Part shown: one piece after another, positions 44,500 through 54,517 of the stretch
Position numbering within the stretch: position 1 is the stretch's first letter
Layout of the letters: each line of letters begins with the position of its first letter
Source: a virus
Reading direction: 5' to 3' (one strand)
Length of the DNA stretch: 64,000 bases
Virus record (IMG/VR): IMGVR_UViG_3300045988_103931
Location: 1-64,000 of that record
The notes under the pieces: model-generated
Told to the model about the DNA's origin: nothing
Seen by the model: the letters and a program-made list of their open reading frames with translations, nothing else
Databases searched by the model: none
Program-made: the position numbers and the translations under genes

Positions 44500-45408
44500 A
44501 TGGAATACGACGTAACAATAGACAGAGAATCATGGATCGGCGGCAGCGATGTGGGAGCGATAATGAATTTAAGCCCATTCAAAACAAGATACACGTTGCT
44601 TCTTGAAAAAGCAGGACTTAAAGAAATCGAATCAATTCCAACACGTTACACGGTGTATGGAAACAAAATCGAAAGCAAAATCAGAGATTATATCAACGAG
44701 ACTTATTCAACGAATTTCCAACCGAACCGCAAATATTCTGGTGACTTGCGGCTACACTGCGACGGCGATAACGGAGATGAAATTCTTGAAATCAAGTCAA
44801 CGTCACATATCTATGAAGACGTAAACGACTACAAATTATATCTTGTTCAGTTGCTTCTTTACACCAAAGAATACGGATACTCTCATTGTAAGTTGGCGGT
44901 GTATAACAGACCAGAAGATTTGAACGAAACTTTTGATTCTTCAAGACTGCAAGTGTTTGAGATAGATTTGAACGATTACGCTGACCTAATCGCTGAAATC
45001 TATAGCGCACTGGATTTGTTCAGAAAAGACCTTGCACGGCTTAAAGAAAATCCGCTTTTGTCTGAGGAGGATTTTCAGCCAACAGAAGTTATAACTTTAT
45101 CTAATCAAGTGCTTGCATTCGAAAGAAAGATAGCAGAATACAAGGCACTTGAAGAAGATTACAAACGAGTTAAACAGCAACTTTATGAAGCAATGCAAAA
45201 GCACGATGTAAAGAGTTGGACTACCGTAAACGGCGTTAAAGTTACGAGAGTTGACGGTTCAGAACCGATAACCGAAACGGTAACGGAGTTTGACGAAAAG
45301 CAATTTAAAAAGGATTGCCCAGACGAATACGAAAAGTATTGTGTTACACGAGAAAAGAAAGTTAAGGGTAGAAGTGGCTTTATAAAAATTACACTGCCTA
45401 AAGGCTAA
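44500..45408 (+). CDS. YqaJ-like recombination exonuclease
   Basis: The N-terminal motif WIGGSDVGAIMNLSPFKT is present. 302 aa. Confidence 0.65.
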   Translation: MEYDVTIDRESWIGGSDVGAIMNLSPFKTRYTLLLEKAGLKEIESIPTRYTVYGNKIESKIRDYINETYSTNFQPNRKYSGDLRLHCDGDNGDEILEIKSTSHIYEDVNDYKLYLVQLLLYTKEYGYSHCKLAVYNRPEDLNETFDSSRLQVFEIDLNDYADLIAEIYSALDLFRKDLARLKENPLLSEEDFQPTEVITLSNQVLAFERKIAEYKALEEDYKRVKQQLYEAMQKHDVKSWTTVNGVKVTRVDGSEPITETVTEFDEKQFKKDCPDEYEKYCVTREKKVKGRSGFIKITLPKG

Positions 45409-45423
45409 AGGAGTAGATGACAA

Positions 45424-45675
45424 ATGTATAAAGGAATTAGCTATAATGTGGAGTTCAAATCACGTCCAAAGAAATCTAAATACAATATGGAGTTTGCTGC
45501 AACGCATGATTTTCTTGCTTCTGATCACAAGAATGTATGCCTTGAATACAACGACCAGAGAGAAGTTAAAAATGCGTATCAAGCGATATATGCTTATATA
45601 CAAAAAGCGCGTCAGCCGTTAAAAGTGGCAACGCGCGGAAAATGCATTATCATCACAAAAGAATCGAAAGAATAA
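45424..45675 (+). CDS. hypothetical protein
   Basis: 83 aa. Confidence 0.4.
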   Translation: MYKGISYNVEFKSRPKKSKYNMEFAATHDFLASDHKNVCLEYNDQREVKNAYQAIYAYIQKARQPLKVATRGKCIIITKESKE

Positions 45676-45905
45676 TGGATAGAAAAAAATACTTGGATAT
45701 GTGTTGCGAATGCTCAAAGCTGCCGAAAGGCATAATGGGCATTCCAAGGCAAGTTCCGGAACATCTCATAATAAACTACAATGATATATCGTTTTATCCC
45801 TATCAGTATATATTGTCTTATGACAACGGGCAGATCAAACATTATGCAGTATTGCACGATTTACGAGCAAACAGTGTGGTACAAGCCGATTTAACGAGAT
45901 TGTGA
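45675..45905 (+). CDS. hypothetical protein
   Basis: ATG 45675 overlaps the previous stop (TAATG). Confidence 0.4.
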   Translation: MDRKKYLDMCCECSKLPKGIMGIPRQVPEHLIINYNDISFYPYQYILSYDNGQIKHYAVLHDLRANSVVQADLTRL

Positions 45906-45917
45906 GGTGAAACGACA

Positions 45918-46112
45918 TTGACACAGTACGAAAAAATAGAACGCTTATACAATGTTAAACTTGAACGCTACATCAAAAACGGAATTGAAATTTCCGATGA
46001 ACTGAATGATGTTTTGTATGAAGAAGCAATTCAGGAAACGCTCGCAAAGTGTTATATCAATGAGAAAGGGCGGATAAATGGAAATAAAGTTAGACGGCAA
46101 AAAGATACTTGA
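45918..46112 (+). CDS. hypothetical protein
   Basis: TTG start behind GAGGTGA. Confidence 0.4.
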   Translation: MTQYEKIERLYNVKLERYIKNGIEISDELNDVLYEEAIQETLAKCYINEKGRINGNKVRRQKDT

Positions 46113-46308
46113 AGAAGCTATGGCAAATGTTGAACTTGAAATTGGCATGACGCTGAAAGAAGCGGTGGAGAAGCAGATTCCGAAAGAGCCGCTACCCTAT
46201 AAAGGGTGGGAGGGGAAATGCCCTACTTGTGGAGTGATATTTGTTGATAGGTTGACAAATTATTGTGGTAATTGTGGTCAAAAACTTTTGTGGAAACGAG
46301 GTGATTGA
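46078..46308 (+). CDS. zinc-ribbon hypothetical protein
   Basis: CPTCG...CGNCG. Confidence 0.4.
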   Translation: MEIKLDGKKILEEAMANVELEIGMTLKEAVEKQIPKEPLPYKGWEGKCPTCGVIFVDRLTNYCGNCGQKLLWKRGD

Positions 46309-46590
46309 ATGGGCTGTAACTGCAAGGATATGCAACGGGAAATAACCGATTACAAAAAGCAGATCGATGATTTAAGAGAATGCTTTATCAAAAGAATGAC
46401 CGTTGACAGCGAAACGAACGACCGCCGCCGAGAAGATTATAATGAAGCGATATTTTTTGATAACGGCGCGGGAGAATACAAGCAAGTATTTTGCGATACA
46501 ACAATGGAAATGGTGCTTGATTGTTTTGACAATGCCGTTAAAGATTGGCGAAAACATTTCTGTGATGTAGAAAATTGCAATAGGAAATGA
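46309..46590 (+). CDS. hypothetical protein
   Basis: 93 aa. The start directly abuts the previous stop. Confidence 0.4.
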   Translation: MGCNCKDMQREITDYKKQIDDLRECFIKRMTVDSETNDRRREDYNEAIFFDNGAGEYKQVFCDTTMEMVLDCFDNAVKDWRKHFCDVENCNRK

Positions 46591-46600
46591 GGTAAGTAAA

Positions 46601-46754
46601 TGAACTACACGGCGAAAATGTTAAAAGCTCTGTATGATATCATCGAACTGCTGAAAGACATTAAAAGGCAGAACAATACCATCATTCACAGGCTTGAAAG
46701 CATTGACGAAATTAACGCAGAAGCGCATGGATATGTGTTAAAGAAGGATAGCGA

Positions 46755-46759
<5 letters not shown>
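46601..46759 (+). CDS. small hypothetical protein (52 aa)
   Basis: The ATG lies behind GAGGTAAG. It overlaps the next start. Confidence 0.35.
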
Positions 46760-47753
<994 letters not shown>

Positions 47754-47781
47754 TGCGTCATCATGAAACATTATGGCAATT

Positions 47782-47856
47782 TGTGAACAGTGATTTACAT
47801 TTTGTTTACAAAATAATACAGAATCAATACCTCTCACGCGGTATAATATAGATACA
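47782..47856 (+). promoter_or_regulatory. early promoter/operator cassette c7
   Basis: TGTGAACAgtGATTTACAtttTGTTTACAAAATAATACAGAATcaATACC-N9-GGTATAATATA. Confidence 0.6.
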
Positions 47857-47877
47857 AAGAAAGAGAGGTAATACAAC

Positions 47878-48180
47878 ATGACAAACGCAGAAATCATCTA
47901 CAGAACAAGCATAGACCTTGTAAAAGCAGGTAAGTTGAACATGGTAACGGTGAACGGAGAAGAAATGCCCGAACCGATACATACATTTCAGGCGTGGAAG
48001 TCAATGGGCTACAGCGTAAAGAAAGGAGAAAAGTCAGATATAAAAATCACGATTTGGAAACACGCAAGCAAGATGGCTGAGAACGAAGAAACGCATGAGG
48101 AAACAGAAAAATCCTCAATGTTTATGAAGACAGCGGCATTCTTCAAATTCTCTCAGGTAGAAAAGATTAAAGCTAATTAA
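47878..48180 (+). CDS. ArdC-N-like ssDNA-binding domain protein (tentative)
   Basis: IHTFQAWKSMGYSVKKGEKSDIKI resembles the TF.QW...G..V.KGEK core of ArdC-N domains. Confidence 0.35.
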   Translation: MTNAEIIYRTSIDLVKAGKLNMVTVNGEEMPEPIHTFQAWKSMGYSVKKGEKSDIKITIWKHASKMAENEETHEETEKSSMFMKTAAFFKFSQVEKIKAN

Positions 48181-48220
48181 CCGAGCGGGAGCGGTTATTC
48201 TCCCGTAGAAAGGTTTTAAA

Positions 48221-48847
48221 ATGAGTAAGTTTAAAGTTGGAGACAGAGTTAGGAATATTGGCTATGCATGTGACGGACTGAGCATTGGAGACACGGGGAC
48301 GATTGTAGGGGTTATAAAAGACTCTGTAGCTCATTGGGATTACGCTGTGCAACTTGATAAAGGACGATGGAATTTCCATAATTGCGGCGGCAAGGCGAAA
48401 AACGATCATGGTTTGTATTTCTATGAAAAAGACCTTGCACTGATAGAAGGTGAACAGGAATTCAAGTTAATTATCACGTCAAAGGGTGATGGAACAACGG
48501 CAAAACTTATACACGGCAAAGAAGTTGCACGTGAAGTCGAAGTAAAACGCTACCATAAAGACGAATACAGCGAAAGAGCGGCAATCGCAGCAGTTGTGGA
48601 TAAGATGTTTCCCTCGGTGTTGACAAGTAAACAGCCGAAGATATATTTCACGGGGAAAGTGGTGTGTATTGAGGATAACCCTAATCACGCATGGACATTA
48701 GTGCCGAATTTCCGTAAAGGTTGCATATACGAAATAGACGACGGAATTTTAATGGGCGAAAGGGCAGGCGGGATTCTGTGCATTGTTAATGTAGAGGACT
48801 TAAACACAAGAAGCGAACGTTACAAATTCATTGAGCTAAAGGAGTGA
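48221..48847 (+). CDS. hypothetical protein
   Basis: 208 aa, with a hairpin plus AGAAAGG SD. Confidence 0.5.
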   Translation: MSKFKVGDRVRNIGYACDGLSIGDTGTIVGVIKDSVAHWDYAVQLDKGRWNFHNCGGKAKNDHGLYFYEKDLALIEGEQEFKLIITSKGDGTTAKLIHGKEVAREVEVKRYHKDEYSERAAIAAVVDKMFPSVLTSKQPKIYFTGKVVCIEDNPNHAWTLVPNFRKGCIYEIDDGILMGERAGGILCIVNVEDLNTRSERYKFIELKE

Positions 48848-48850
48848 GCA

Positions 48851-49048
48851 ATGAAAAAAACAGTGAATGAATGCGTGGATTGCGGTTTACCTTGTTTGGG
48901 CAAAAGTTGCCCGAACTACTCCGTAACACGTTATTATTGCGACAAATGCGGAGACGAAGCACCGTTGTATCATTATGACGGAAAAGAATTATGTATCGAA
49001 TGTATCAAAGAATTATTAGAGAAAGTTGAGGGCAGTGAAAATGCTTAA
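48851..49048 (+). CDS. zinc-ribbon hypothetical protein
   Basis: 65 aa with four CxxC pairs. Confidence 0.45.
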   Translation: MKKTVNECVDCGLPCLGKSCPNYSVTRYYCDKCGDEAPLYHYDGKELCIECIKELLEKVEGSENA

Positions 49049-49472
49049 CAAATGGATTGGAATGGGAAGACTTACAGCAAAACCGGAGTTAAAAACAACT
49101 CCGAGTGGAACAAGCGTGACATCGTTCACTATCGCCGTTGATCGCGATTATAAGTCTCAGAACGGCGAGAAAGCAACAGATTTTCTGAACATAGTTGCTT
49201 GGAGACAGACAGCGGAATTTATCACCAAATACTTTGACAAGGGAAATCTTATTTTGATTGAGGGGTCAGTCAATGTGCGCTCATACGAAGACCAGAGCGG
49301 TCAAAAACGCTATATAACTGAGATAATGGCAGATAAGGCACAATTCACTGGCGAAAAGAAAGAAACAACACAGAAAGCAGCGTATACGCCTGAATCTTAT
49401 TCGGCAAACACTAAGCAGGAGAGTGCGCCGCAATTTGAAGAGATAAAAGATGACGAGGATTTGCCGTTCTGA
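49041..49472 (+). CDS. ssb: single-stranded DNA-binding protein
   Basis: It has an OB-fold SSB signature (NKWIGMGRLTAKPELKTTPSGTSVTSFTIAV...NIVAWRQTAEF) and an acidic tail (DDEDLPF). Confidence 0.85.
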   Translation: MLNKWIGMGRLTAKPELKTTPSGTSVTSFTIAVDRDYKSQNGEKATDFLNIVAWRQTAEFITKYFDKGNLILIEGSVNVRSYEDQSGQKRYITEIMADKAQFTGEKKETTQKAAYTPESYSANTKQESAPQFEEIKDDEDLPF

Positions 49473-49603
49473 TACATCAGAACAGCGTGTGGACGTATTT
49501 AATGCGTGACAGGTACAAATAACAGGGCGAAGAGAAATGCGCTTACAAAGCGTTAGAGAAGATTGTAGGCTGTCCTAACAGGCTTAACGGGGAGAAGAGA
49601 AAA

Positions 49604-50053
49604 ATGAAAAAGAATTTCAAAACATTGATTGAGTGCGCACCGTTAATTGCAGCCGCTTGCATAGTGGGAATATTATGGTTTGATGGCGCAGAATCGACAG
49701 TAGCAGAATCAAATATAAGCGAGAGCGTAAAACAGGAAACACACGTTGAACTTTCTGTTAAAGAAACGCTTGCTGAAAAGAACGCACGCAAAAGCGCGGA
49801 AATGTATATTAAGACTGTGCCGCTTTCGTACAGCGGTTTAATATCTCAGTTAGAGTTTGATGGATATTCCAAAGAAGAAGCCACCTACGGAGCGGATCAG
49901 TGCGGCGCTGATTGGTTTGCAGAAGCTACAGAATGCGCACAAAACTATCTTGACACTATGGGAATGTCACGGACGGAGTTGTATAATCAGCTCGAATACG
50001 AGGGGTTCACCGATGAACAAATAGAACACGCGCTCGAAGAAGTTGGTTATTGA
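49604..50053 (+). CDS. Ltp-like surface (lipo)protein, superinfection-exclusion candidate
   Basis: An N-terminal TM/signal is followed by two Ltp-type repeats (SGLISQLEFDGYSKEEATYGADQCGADW and ELYNQLEYEGFTDEQIEHALEEVGY). Confidence 0.55.
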   Translation: MKKNFKTLIECAPLIAAACIVGILWFDGAESTVAESNISESVKQETHVELSVKETLAEKNARKSAEMYIKTVPLSYSGLISQLEFDGYSKEEATYGADQCGADWFAEATECAQNYLDTMGMSRTELYNQLEYEGFTDEQIEHALEEVGY

Positions 50054-50126
50054 CGTTTAAGGTGATACGAAATGAAACTATTTACAAATAAGTAATAACA
50101 TAACGAAGAAATGTTAATAAAGTGTT

Positions 50127-50271
50127 TGGTATAATTTCATTACAAGGTTGTAGTTAGAAGTTGCGGTCTGGCTACGACTAAGATGAATAACTGCAACCTT
50201 AGCCTTTGGGGTATATCGAGCCGCAACCTTGATATATTCCGAAGGTTTTTATTTTGAGAGGGTGAATAAGC
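50127..50271 (+). promoter_or_regulatory. promoter plus attenuator-like leader of the replication operon
   Basis: TGgTATAAT lies at 50127-50135. Four mutually pairing segments are AAGGTTG (50144), GCAACCTT (50193), GCAACCTT (50223) and AAGGTT (50242). The last pair is followed by TTTTTATTTT. Confidence 0.4.
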
Positions 50272-51144
50272 ATGGGAATAAAAAGGGTTGTAGATGTGGA
50301 TTTTTGGAATGACGAAAAAGTCATGGATATGTTTTCGCCAGAAGACAAGCTGTTCATGCTTTATCTTCTCACGAATCCGCATACAACACAGCTTGGTATA
50401 TACGCAATAAATCCCAAACACATGGCATTTGAAATAGGGTATAGCGTAGAGGTTATAAATGTATTGCTTGACAGATTTGAAAGCAAATACGGAATGATAA
50501 AGTATTCGACACAGACAAAAGAAATTGCTATAAAAAACTTTTTGCGTCACAGCATTATCAAAGGTGGCAAACCTGTTGAGGATTGCTTATTAAAAGAGTT
50601 GGCAAAGGTCAAAGATAAGTCATTGCTTCAATTTGTGTACAACGGAATAAGCGGCAAAGAATCATTGAACGTGACCGTAAAGAAAATTCTCGTAATCTTA
50701 AATAATGAAATTCAAAATGAAAATGAAAATGATAATGATAATGAGAATGAGAATGAAGTATCGTACCACGATACGCTAACGAATCGTGCCACGAATCGTG
50801 AAGAACCCAAAAAAGAGGAAAAAGAAGTCCGTCATAAATATGGTGAATACAAAAATGTTTTGCTCTCAGACAATGATATGGAAAAGCTCAAAGCAGAGTT
50901 TCCGCAAGACTATAAGGAACGTATAGAACGGTTGAGCGGATACATAGCACAGTCGGGAAAAACATATAAAAGTCACCTTGCGACAATAAGAAACTGGGCA
51001 AGAAAAGATAAAGAAAAGAACACACAAACCAACACGCAGACAATAAACGGAAAAGAATATGAGTTGAAAAACGGCAAATATTATATTAAAGGCGGTAGCG
51101 GGATAGCGGTTGACCCGTATGCAAAAGACGAATTGCCTTTTTAG
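50272..51144 (+). CDS. replication initiator / replisome organizer (DnaD-like N-terminal domain)
   Basis: VDFWNDEKVMDMFSPEDKLFMLYLLTNPHTTQLGIY is typical of phage replisome-organizer N-domains. A low-complexity NENENDNDNENENE linker follows. It lies upstream of the DnaC-like gene. Confidence 0.65.
   Translation: MGIKRVVDVDFWNDEKVMDMFSPEDKLFMLYLLTNPHTTQLGIYAINPKHMAFEIGYSVEVINVLLDRFESKYGMIKYSTQTKEIAIKNFLRHSIIKGGKPVEDCLLKELAKVKDKSLLQFVYNGISGKESLNVTVKKILVILNNEIQNENENDNDNENENEVSYHDTLTNRATNREEPKKEEKEVRHKYGEYKNVLLSDNDMEKLKAEFPQDYKERIERLSGYIAQSGKTYKSHLATIRNWARKDKEKNTQTNTQTINGKEYELKNGKYYIKGGSGIAVDPYAKDELPF
50714..50800 (+). repeat. origin-like repeat, copy B, inside the initiator gene
   Basis: An (AATGAN)n AT-rich run is followed by the palindrome GTATCGTaccACGATAC and two copies of ACGAATCGT. 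Confidence 0.6.
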
Positions 51145-51157
51145 GAGAGTGTAGACA

Positions 51158-52024
51158 ATGGCTCTTGAAAGCATAATAGAGAACATGATCGAAAGGTCAG
51201 GGCACGTTATACCACGAAACGAGGGTGACTATATCGGAGAAGATGGTCTATTATACTGCGGGAACTGTCACACACGGAAACAAACAGAAATAGAGGTGTT
51301 TGGCAAGAAACGCCGTCCATATTGCCTTTGCAAATGCGAAATGCGGAAAAAGGAGGAACAAGAAAAAGCAGAAAAAGAAGCTATAAAACAAAAAGAGTTT
51401 CAGGAACAAGTCAAAAAAATGCGTAGTGTAGGATTTCCAGAGGGCGACAAAATGGCAAACTGGACGTTTGAAAACGATGATATGGCTAACAAAGTCTTAA
51501 CAGAAGCAATGAAAAACTATGTCGCTAATTTCAAAGAGATGCAAGAACGAGGTAAAGGGTTGCTTTTGTGGGGAGAAAAAGGGACAGGAAAAACATTCGC
51601 CGCTTGCGAAGTAGCAAATGCTTTGATTGATAAAGGCTATCCCGTGTTAGCCACTAACTTTGCAAGGCTTACGAATACGTTACAGGGAATGTATGAGGGG
51701 AAGCAAGATTACATAGATAACCTTAATAAATTTGCACTTTTGGTTATTGACGATCTTGGCGCAGAACGTAAAACCGATTTTATGCAAGAAATGGTTTGGA
51801 ATATCGTTGACAGCCGAAGCAGAGCGGGATTGCCTATGATAATAACCACAAACCTCACAATAGATGAAATAAAAAATCCTGACGGAATAGGGTGCGGCAG
51901 AATATACGACAGAATAATAGAACGCTGCCATCCCATTAATGTGAAAGGAGTGAACAGAAGAAAGAAAAAGGCAGGAGCGGAATATCTTGATATGCAGAAA
52001 TTGCTTGGGCTGACCGACAACTAA
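51158..52024 (+). CDS. DnaC/IstB-like AAA+ helicase loader
   Basis: Walker A (GEKGTGKTF) and Walker B (LLVIDDLGAE). Confidence 0.75.
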   Translation: MALESIIENMIERSGHVIPRNEGDYIGEDGLLYCGNCHTRKQTEIEVFGKKRRPYCLCKCEMRKKEEQEKAEKEAIKQKEFQEQVKKMRSVGFPEGDKMANWTFENDDMANKVLTEAMKNYVANFKEMQERGKGLLLWGEKGTGKTFAACEVANALIDKGYPVLATNFARLTNTLQGMYEGKQDYIDNLNKFALLVIDDLGAERKTDFMQEMVWNIVDSRSRAGLPMIITTNLTIDEIKNPDGIGCGRIYDRIIERCHPINVKGVNRRKKKAGAEYLDMQKLLGLTDN

Positions 52025-52038
52025 CGAAAGGAATAAAA

Positions 52039-52263
52039 ATGAACGAAAAAATAAAAGAAGAACTGGATGCTGAGGATTTGTACGCATATATGACTGAGAA
52101 CTTCCCTGATTATCCGTGTAAAAAATGCGCAAAAAGCAACAAAATGCAATGTGCAACGGCGGTGAGAAAAACAAATGGATGTTTAGCCTATGAATTGTGG
52201 TTTAAATACACATGGCGAGAAATCCGAAATGCGTTGAAAAGGAGCGGAAATGAGAAAGCATGA
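52039..52263 (+). CDS. hypothetical protein
   Basis: 74 aa. Confidence 0.4.
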   Translation: MNEKIKEELDAEDLYAYMTENFPDYPCKKCAKSNKMQCATAVRKTNGCLAYELWFKYTWREIRNALKRSGNEKA

Positions 52264-52489
52264 AAAAGAACTTGCTTACATAGAAAAGCAGCTTAAAAAA
52301 GCAAAAATCCATTACAAGACAGCAACAAAGCAAAATGATCATGTGGGAGCGGAGAATCTCAAAAATACTATAGGGATTCTTGAAAACATAAGAATTGCTT
52401 TGGGCGGTGACGTTGGCGTTGAAAATTGCCCGATGTGCGGGAGTATGTATTGTGTTGATAATCCTCACAAATGCGGAAAGGATGTGTAA
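52250..52489 (+). CDS. hypothetical protein
   Basis: 79 aa with SD AAAGGAG. Confidence 0.4.
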   Translation: MRKHEKELAYIEKQLKKAKIHYKTATKQNDHVGAENLKNTIGILENIRIALGGDVGVENCPMCGSMYCVDNPHKCGKDV

Positions 52490-52492
52490 TAA

Positions 52493-52627
52493 ATGGCTGA
52501 AAGATGTGTTTGCTGTGGTAAAGAAATTCCCGACGAACCGCATGATAGAGTTTTTGTGTGGAATGTTCTTTGCTGTATATGGGAGATAAGACACCATGAA
52601 AGTGAAAATACCTCCGAAGTTAACTAA
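52493..52627 (+). CDS. small Cys-rich protein (44 aa), weak call
   Basis: MAERCVCCGKEIPDEP.... The SD spacing is long, and it overlaps the next gene by 32 nt. Confidence 0.25.
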   Translation: MAERCVCCGKEIPDEPHDRVFVWNVLCCIWEIRHHESENTSEVN

Positions 52628-52901
52628 TAAACAAGAAAAAGCAATGACGGTTGAAATTAACCGTCAAATAGTGGAACAACAGAAAGCGTGGGATAGAGCT
52701 TATGAAGCAATGATTGCTTATACGTTGTATGCTCACTATGGCTTCACCTGCAAGAAACTGTTAAACTTCCGAAAATTCTTTAAGCAGGAATATAAAGAAC
52801 TTCAAGAAAAATTTTTGATGGATGATACATACCCCGCAGAGTATGAGCTAAAAAAGATTGGGTATGATGTTGGAAAGATTATGGAGAACGACAATGATTA
52901 A
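52596..52901 (+). CDS. hypothetical protein
   Basis: 101 aa. Confidence 0.45.
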   Translation: MKVKIPPKLTNKQEKAMTVEINRQIVEQQKAWDRAYEAMIAYTLYAHYGFTCKKLLNFRKFFKQEYKELQEKFLMDDTYPAEYELKKIGYDVGKIMENDND

Positions 52902-53091
52902 AACACGCAATACATACTATCGCGCAGCAAATCAACCGCAAATATTAAGCAAAGAAAAGAAGCACGCAAAACGCAAAGAAAAAAACTATGAATCGGTGCA
53001 AATATGTTTGGACTGCACCAAAAAGAAATGTTGCGGCACAAAAGAATGCTTTGAGAGGATGAAAAGCAATGACACGAAAGAAAGCGATTAA
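52894..53091 (+). CDS. hypothetical protein
   Basis: ATG 52894 lies behind GGAGAA. Confidence 0.4.
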   Translation: MIKTRNTYYRAANQPQILSKEKKHAKRKEKNYESVQICLDCTKKKCCGTKECFERMKSNDTKESD

Positions 53092-53254
53092 GCACCTTAT
53101 GAGCATAGGATACTCCATAAATGACGCACGGAGTATTGTCTGTTACGGAAATGCTCACGGAATGACCAATTTTGATGTTGCCGTAAGCTCATATAAAATA
53201 GCAAGAGAACTTGATTTAGACCCCGCAAATTGCAAAAGAGTTTTAAGAGGATAA
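53069..53254 (+). CDS. hypothetical protein (MTRKKAIKHLM family)
   Basis: It is a paralog of 34157.. and 34591... Confidence 0.45.
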   Translation: MTRKKAIKHLMSIGYSINDARSIVCYGNAHGMTNFDVAVSSYKIARELDLDPANCKRVLRG

Positions 53255-53258
53255 AACA

Positions 53259-54002
53259 ATGATTAAAGTAGAAAACATTGAAGTCTTTGGTTGGGAAGCT
53301 GCTATTCGTGGTATGAGGAATCCAATGAACTCATGGGAGAAAAGTGATAGCAGATGGTACTCGATAGGAACACCGGGGACTAATCCAGCAGCCGACAACG
53401 ATAGATGTTTAAGAGAAAAATATTGTATCGGTGAAAATGATTTGAAGCTCATGAAGAACCTCCGAAAAGCCGGAACAGACCATAGGAAGTACCTTCGCAT
53501 GATTAATGTAACTATGGATATAACAGCACCGCTGTACTGGTGGAAAGAGTACGATACATACAAAATCGGAACAGTTGCGAATTCATGCTCAACTATTCAT
53601 AAGATAGCGGATAAAGAATTTACGTCGGATGATTTTAGTCATGAGCATTTACTAAATATGACTAATAATGACGCAGGAGATGCTATTTTTCTTAATGACG
53701 CACCTAACATCAGAGTAGATGCTGACGATCTTATGGGGTTGATAATCAACGTCCTTAACTACTATCGAAGAAGATACCTCAAAACCAAAGATAAGCGTTA
53801 TTGGTGGCAGCTTATCCAGCTTCTTCCTGCATCCTATAATCAGCGTCGAACGGTTCAGCTCAATTATGAAGTTCTTTTGAATATGTACCATGCACGAAAG
53901 AATCATAAACTTGATGAATGGGTTGAGTTTTGCAAAGTCATAGAAGTACTGCCATATTTTAAAATCATTTGTTTGAACAATGAGGATATTGAGAATGTAT
54001 GA
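53259..54002 (+). CDS. ThyX-like (flavin-dependent thymidylate synthase fold) protein with degenerate signature motif
   Basis: It aligns by eye to the ThyX core (HRKYLRMINVTMDITAPLYWWKEY, ARKNHKLDEWVEF). The RHRxxSxxxxSxRY motif is replaced by TYKIGTVANSCSTIH. Confidence 0.5.
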   Translation: MIKVENIEVFGWEAAIRGMRNPMNSWEKSDSRWYSIGTPGTNPAADNDRCLREKYCIGENDLKLMKNLRKAGTDHRKYLRMINVTMDITAPLYWWKEYDTYKIGTVANSCSTIHKIADKEFTSDDFSHEHLLNMTNNDAGDAIFLNDAPNIRVDADDLMGLIINVLNYYRRRYLKTKDKRYWWQLIQLLPASYNQRRTVQLNYEVLLNMYHARKNHKLDEWVEFCKVIEVLPYFKIICLNNEDIENV

Positions 54003-54498
54003 CGAAAGTCTTGTTACAGATAATTTAAACCTCGCACGATATGTTGCAAGAAAGTATCTCAACACTGGAATGGAATACGATGATTTAGAATCAATTGCTT
54101 TCATAGGACTTATAAAAGCGGCTAAAAGTTTTGATGAAAGCAAAGGCTATACATTTTCTACATATTCTGTACGTTGTATCGAAAACGAGATAAGATACTG
54201 TCTGAGGAAGAAAAGCATACGCGCCGAATCATTAGAAGAACCGATACAAGACAATCAGATTCTCGCCGACACCGTTAAAGATGAAACTGATACTTTGGAT
54301 GAATTTGTAATAAGAGAAACGTTGAAGTGTGCAATAAATGAATTAAATGATAGAGAAAGATTTATCGTTAATATGCTTTACTTCAAAAATCCACCGTTGA
54401 CGCAACAGGAAGTTGCTCAAAAATTAAACACAAATCAATCTCAAGTGAGTAAAACGCTCAAACGCGCGTTAAATAAGATTAGGGAATATGTGACGTAA
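53995..54498 (+). CDS. sigma-70-family sigma factor (group 3/sporulation-like)
   Basis: Region 2: DDLESIAFIGLIKAAKSFDESKGYTFSTYSVRCIENEI. Region 4: LTQQEVAQKLNTNQSQVSKTLKRALNKI. An alternative start is at 53980. Confidence 0.75.
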   Translation: MYDESLVTDNLNLARYVARKYLNTGMEYDDLESIAFIGLIKAAKSFDESKGYTFSTYSVRCIENEIRYCLRKKSIRAESLEEPIQDNQILADTVKDETDTLDEFVIRETLKCAINELNDRERFIVNMLYFKNPPLTQQEVAQKLNTNQSQVSKTLKRALNKIREYVT

Positions 54499-54517
54499 TG
54501 AAACATAAAACGATGAG

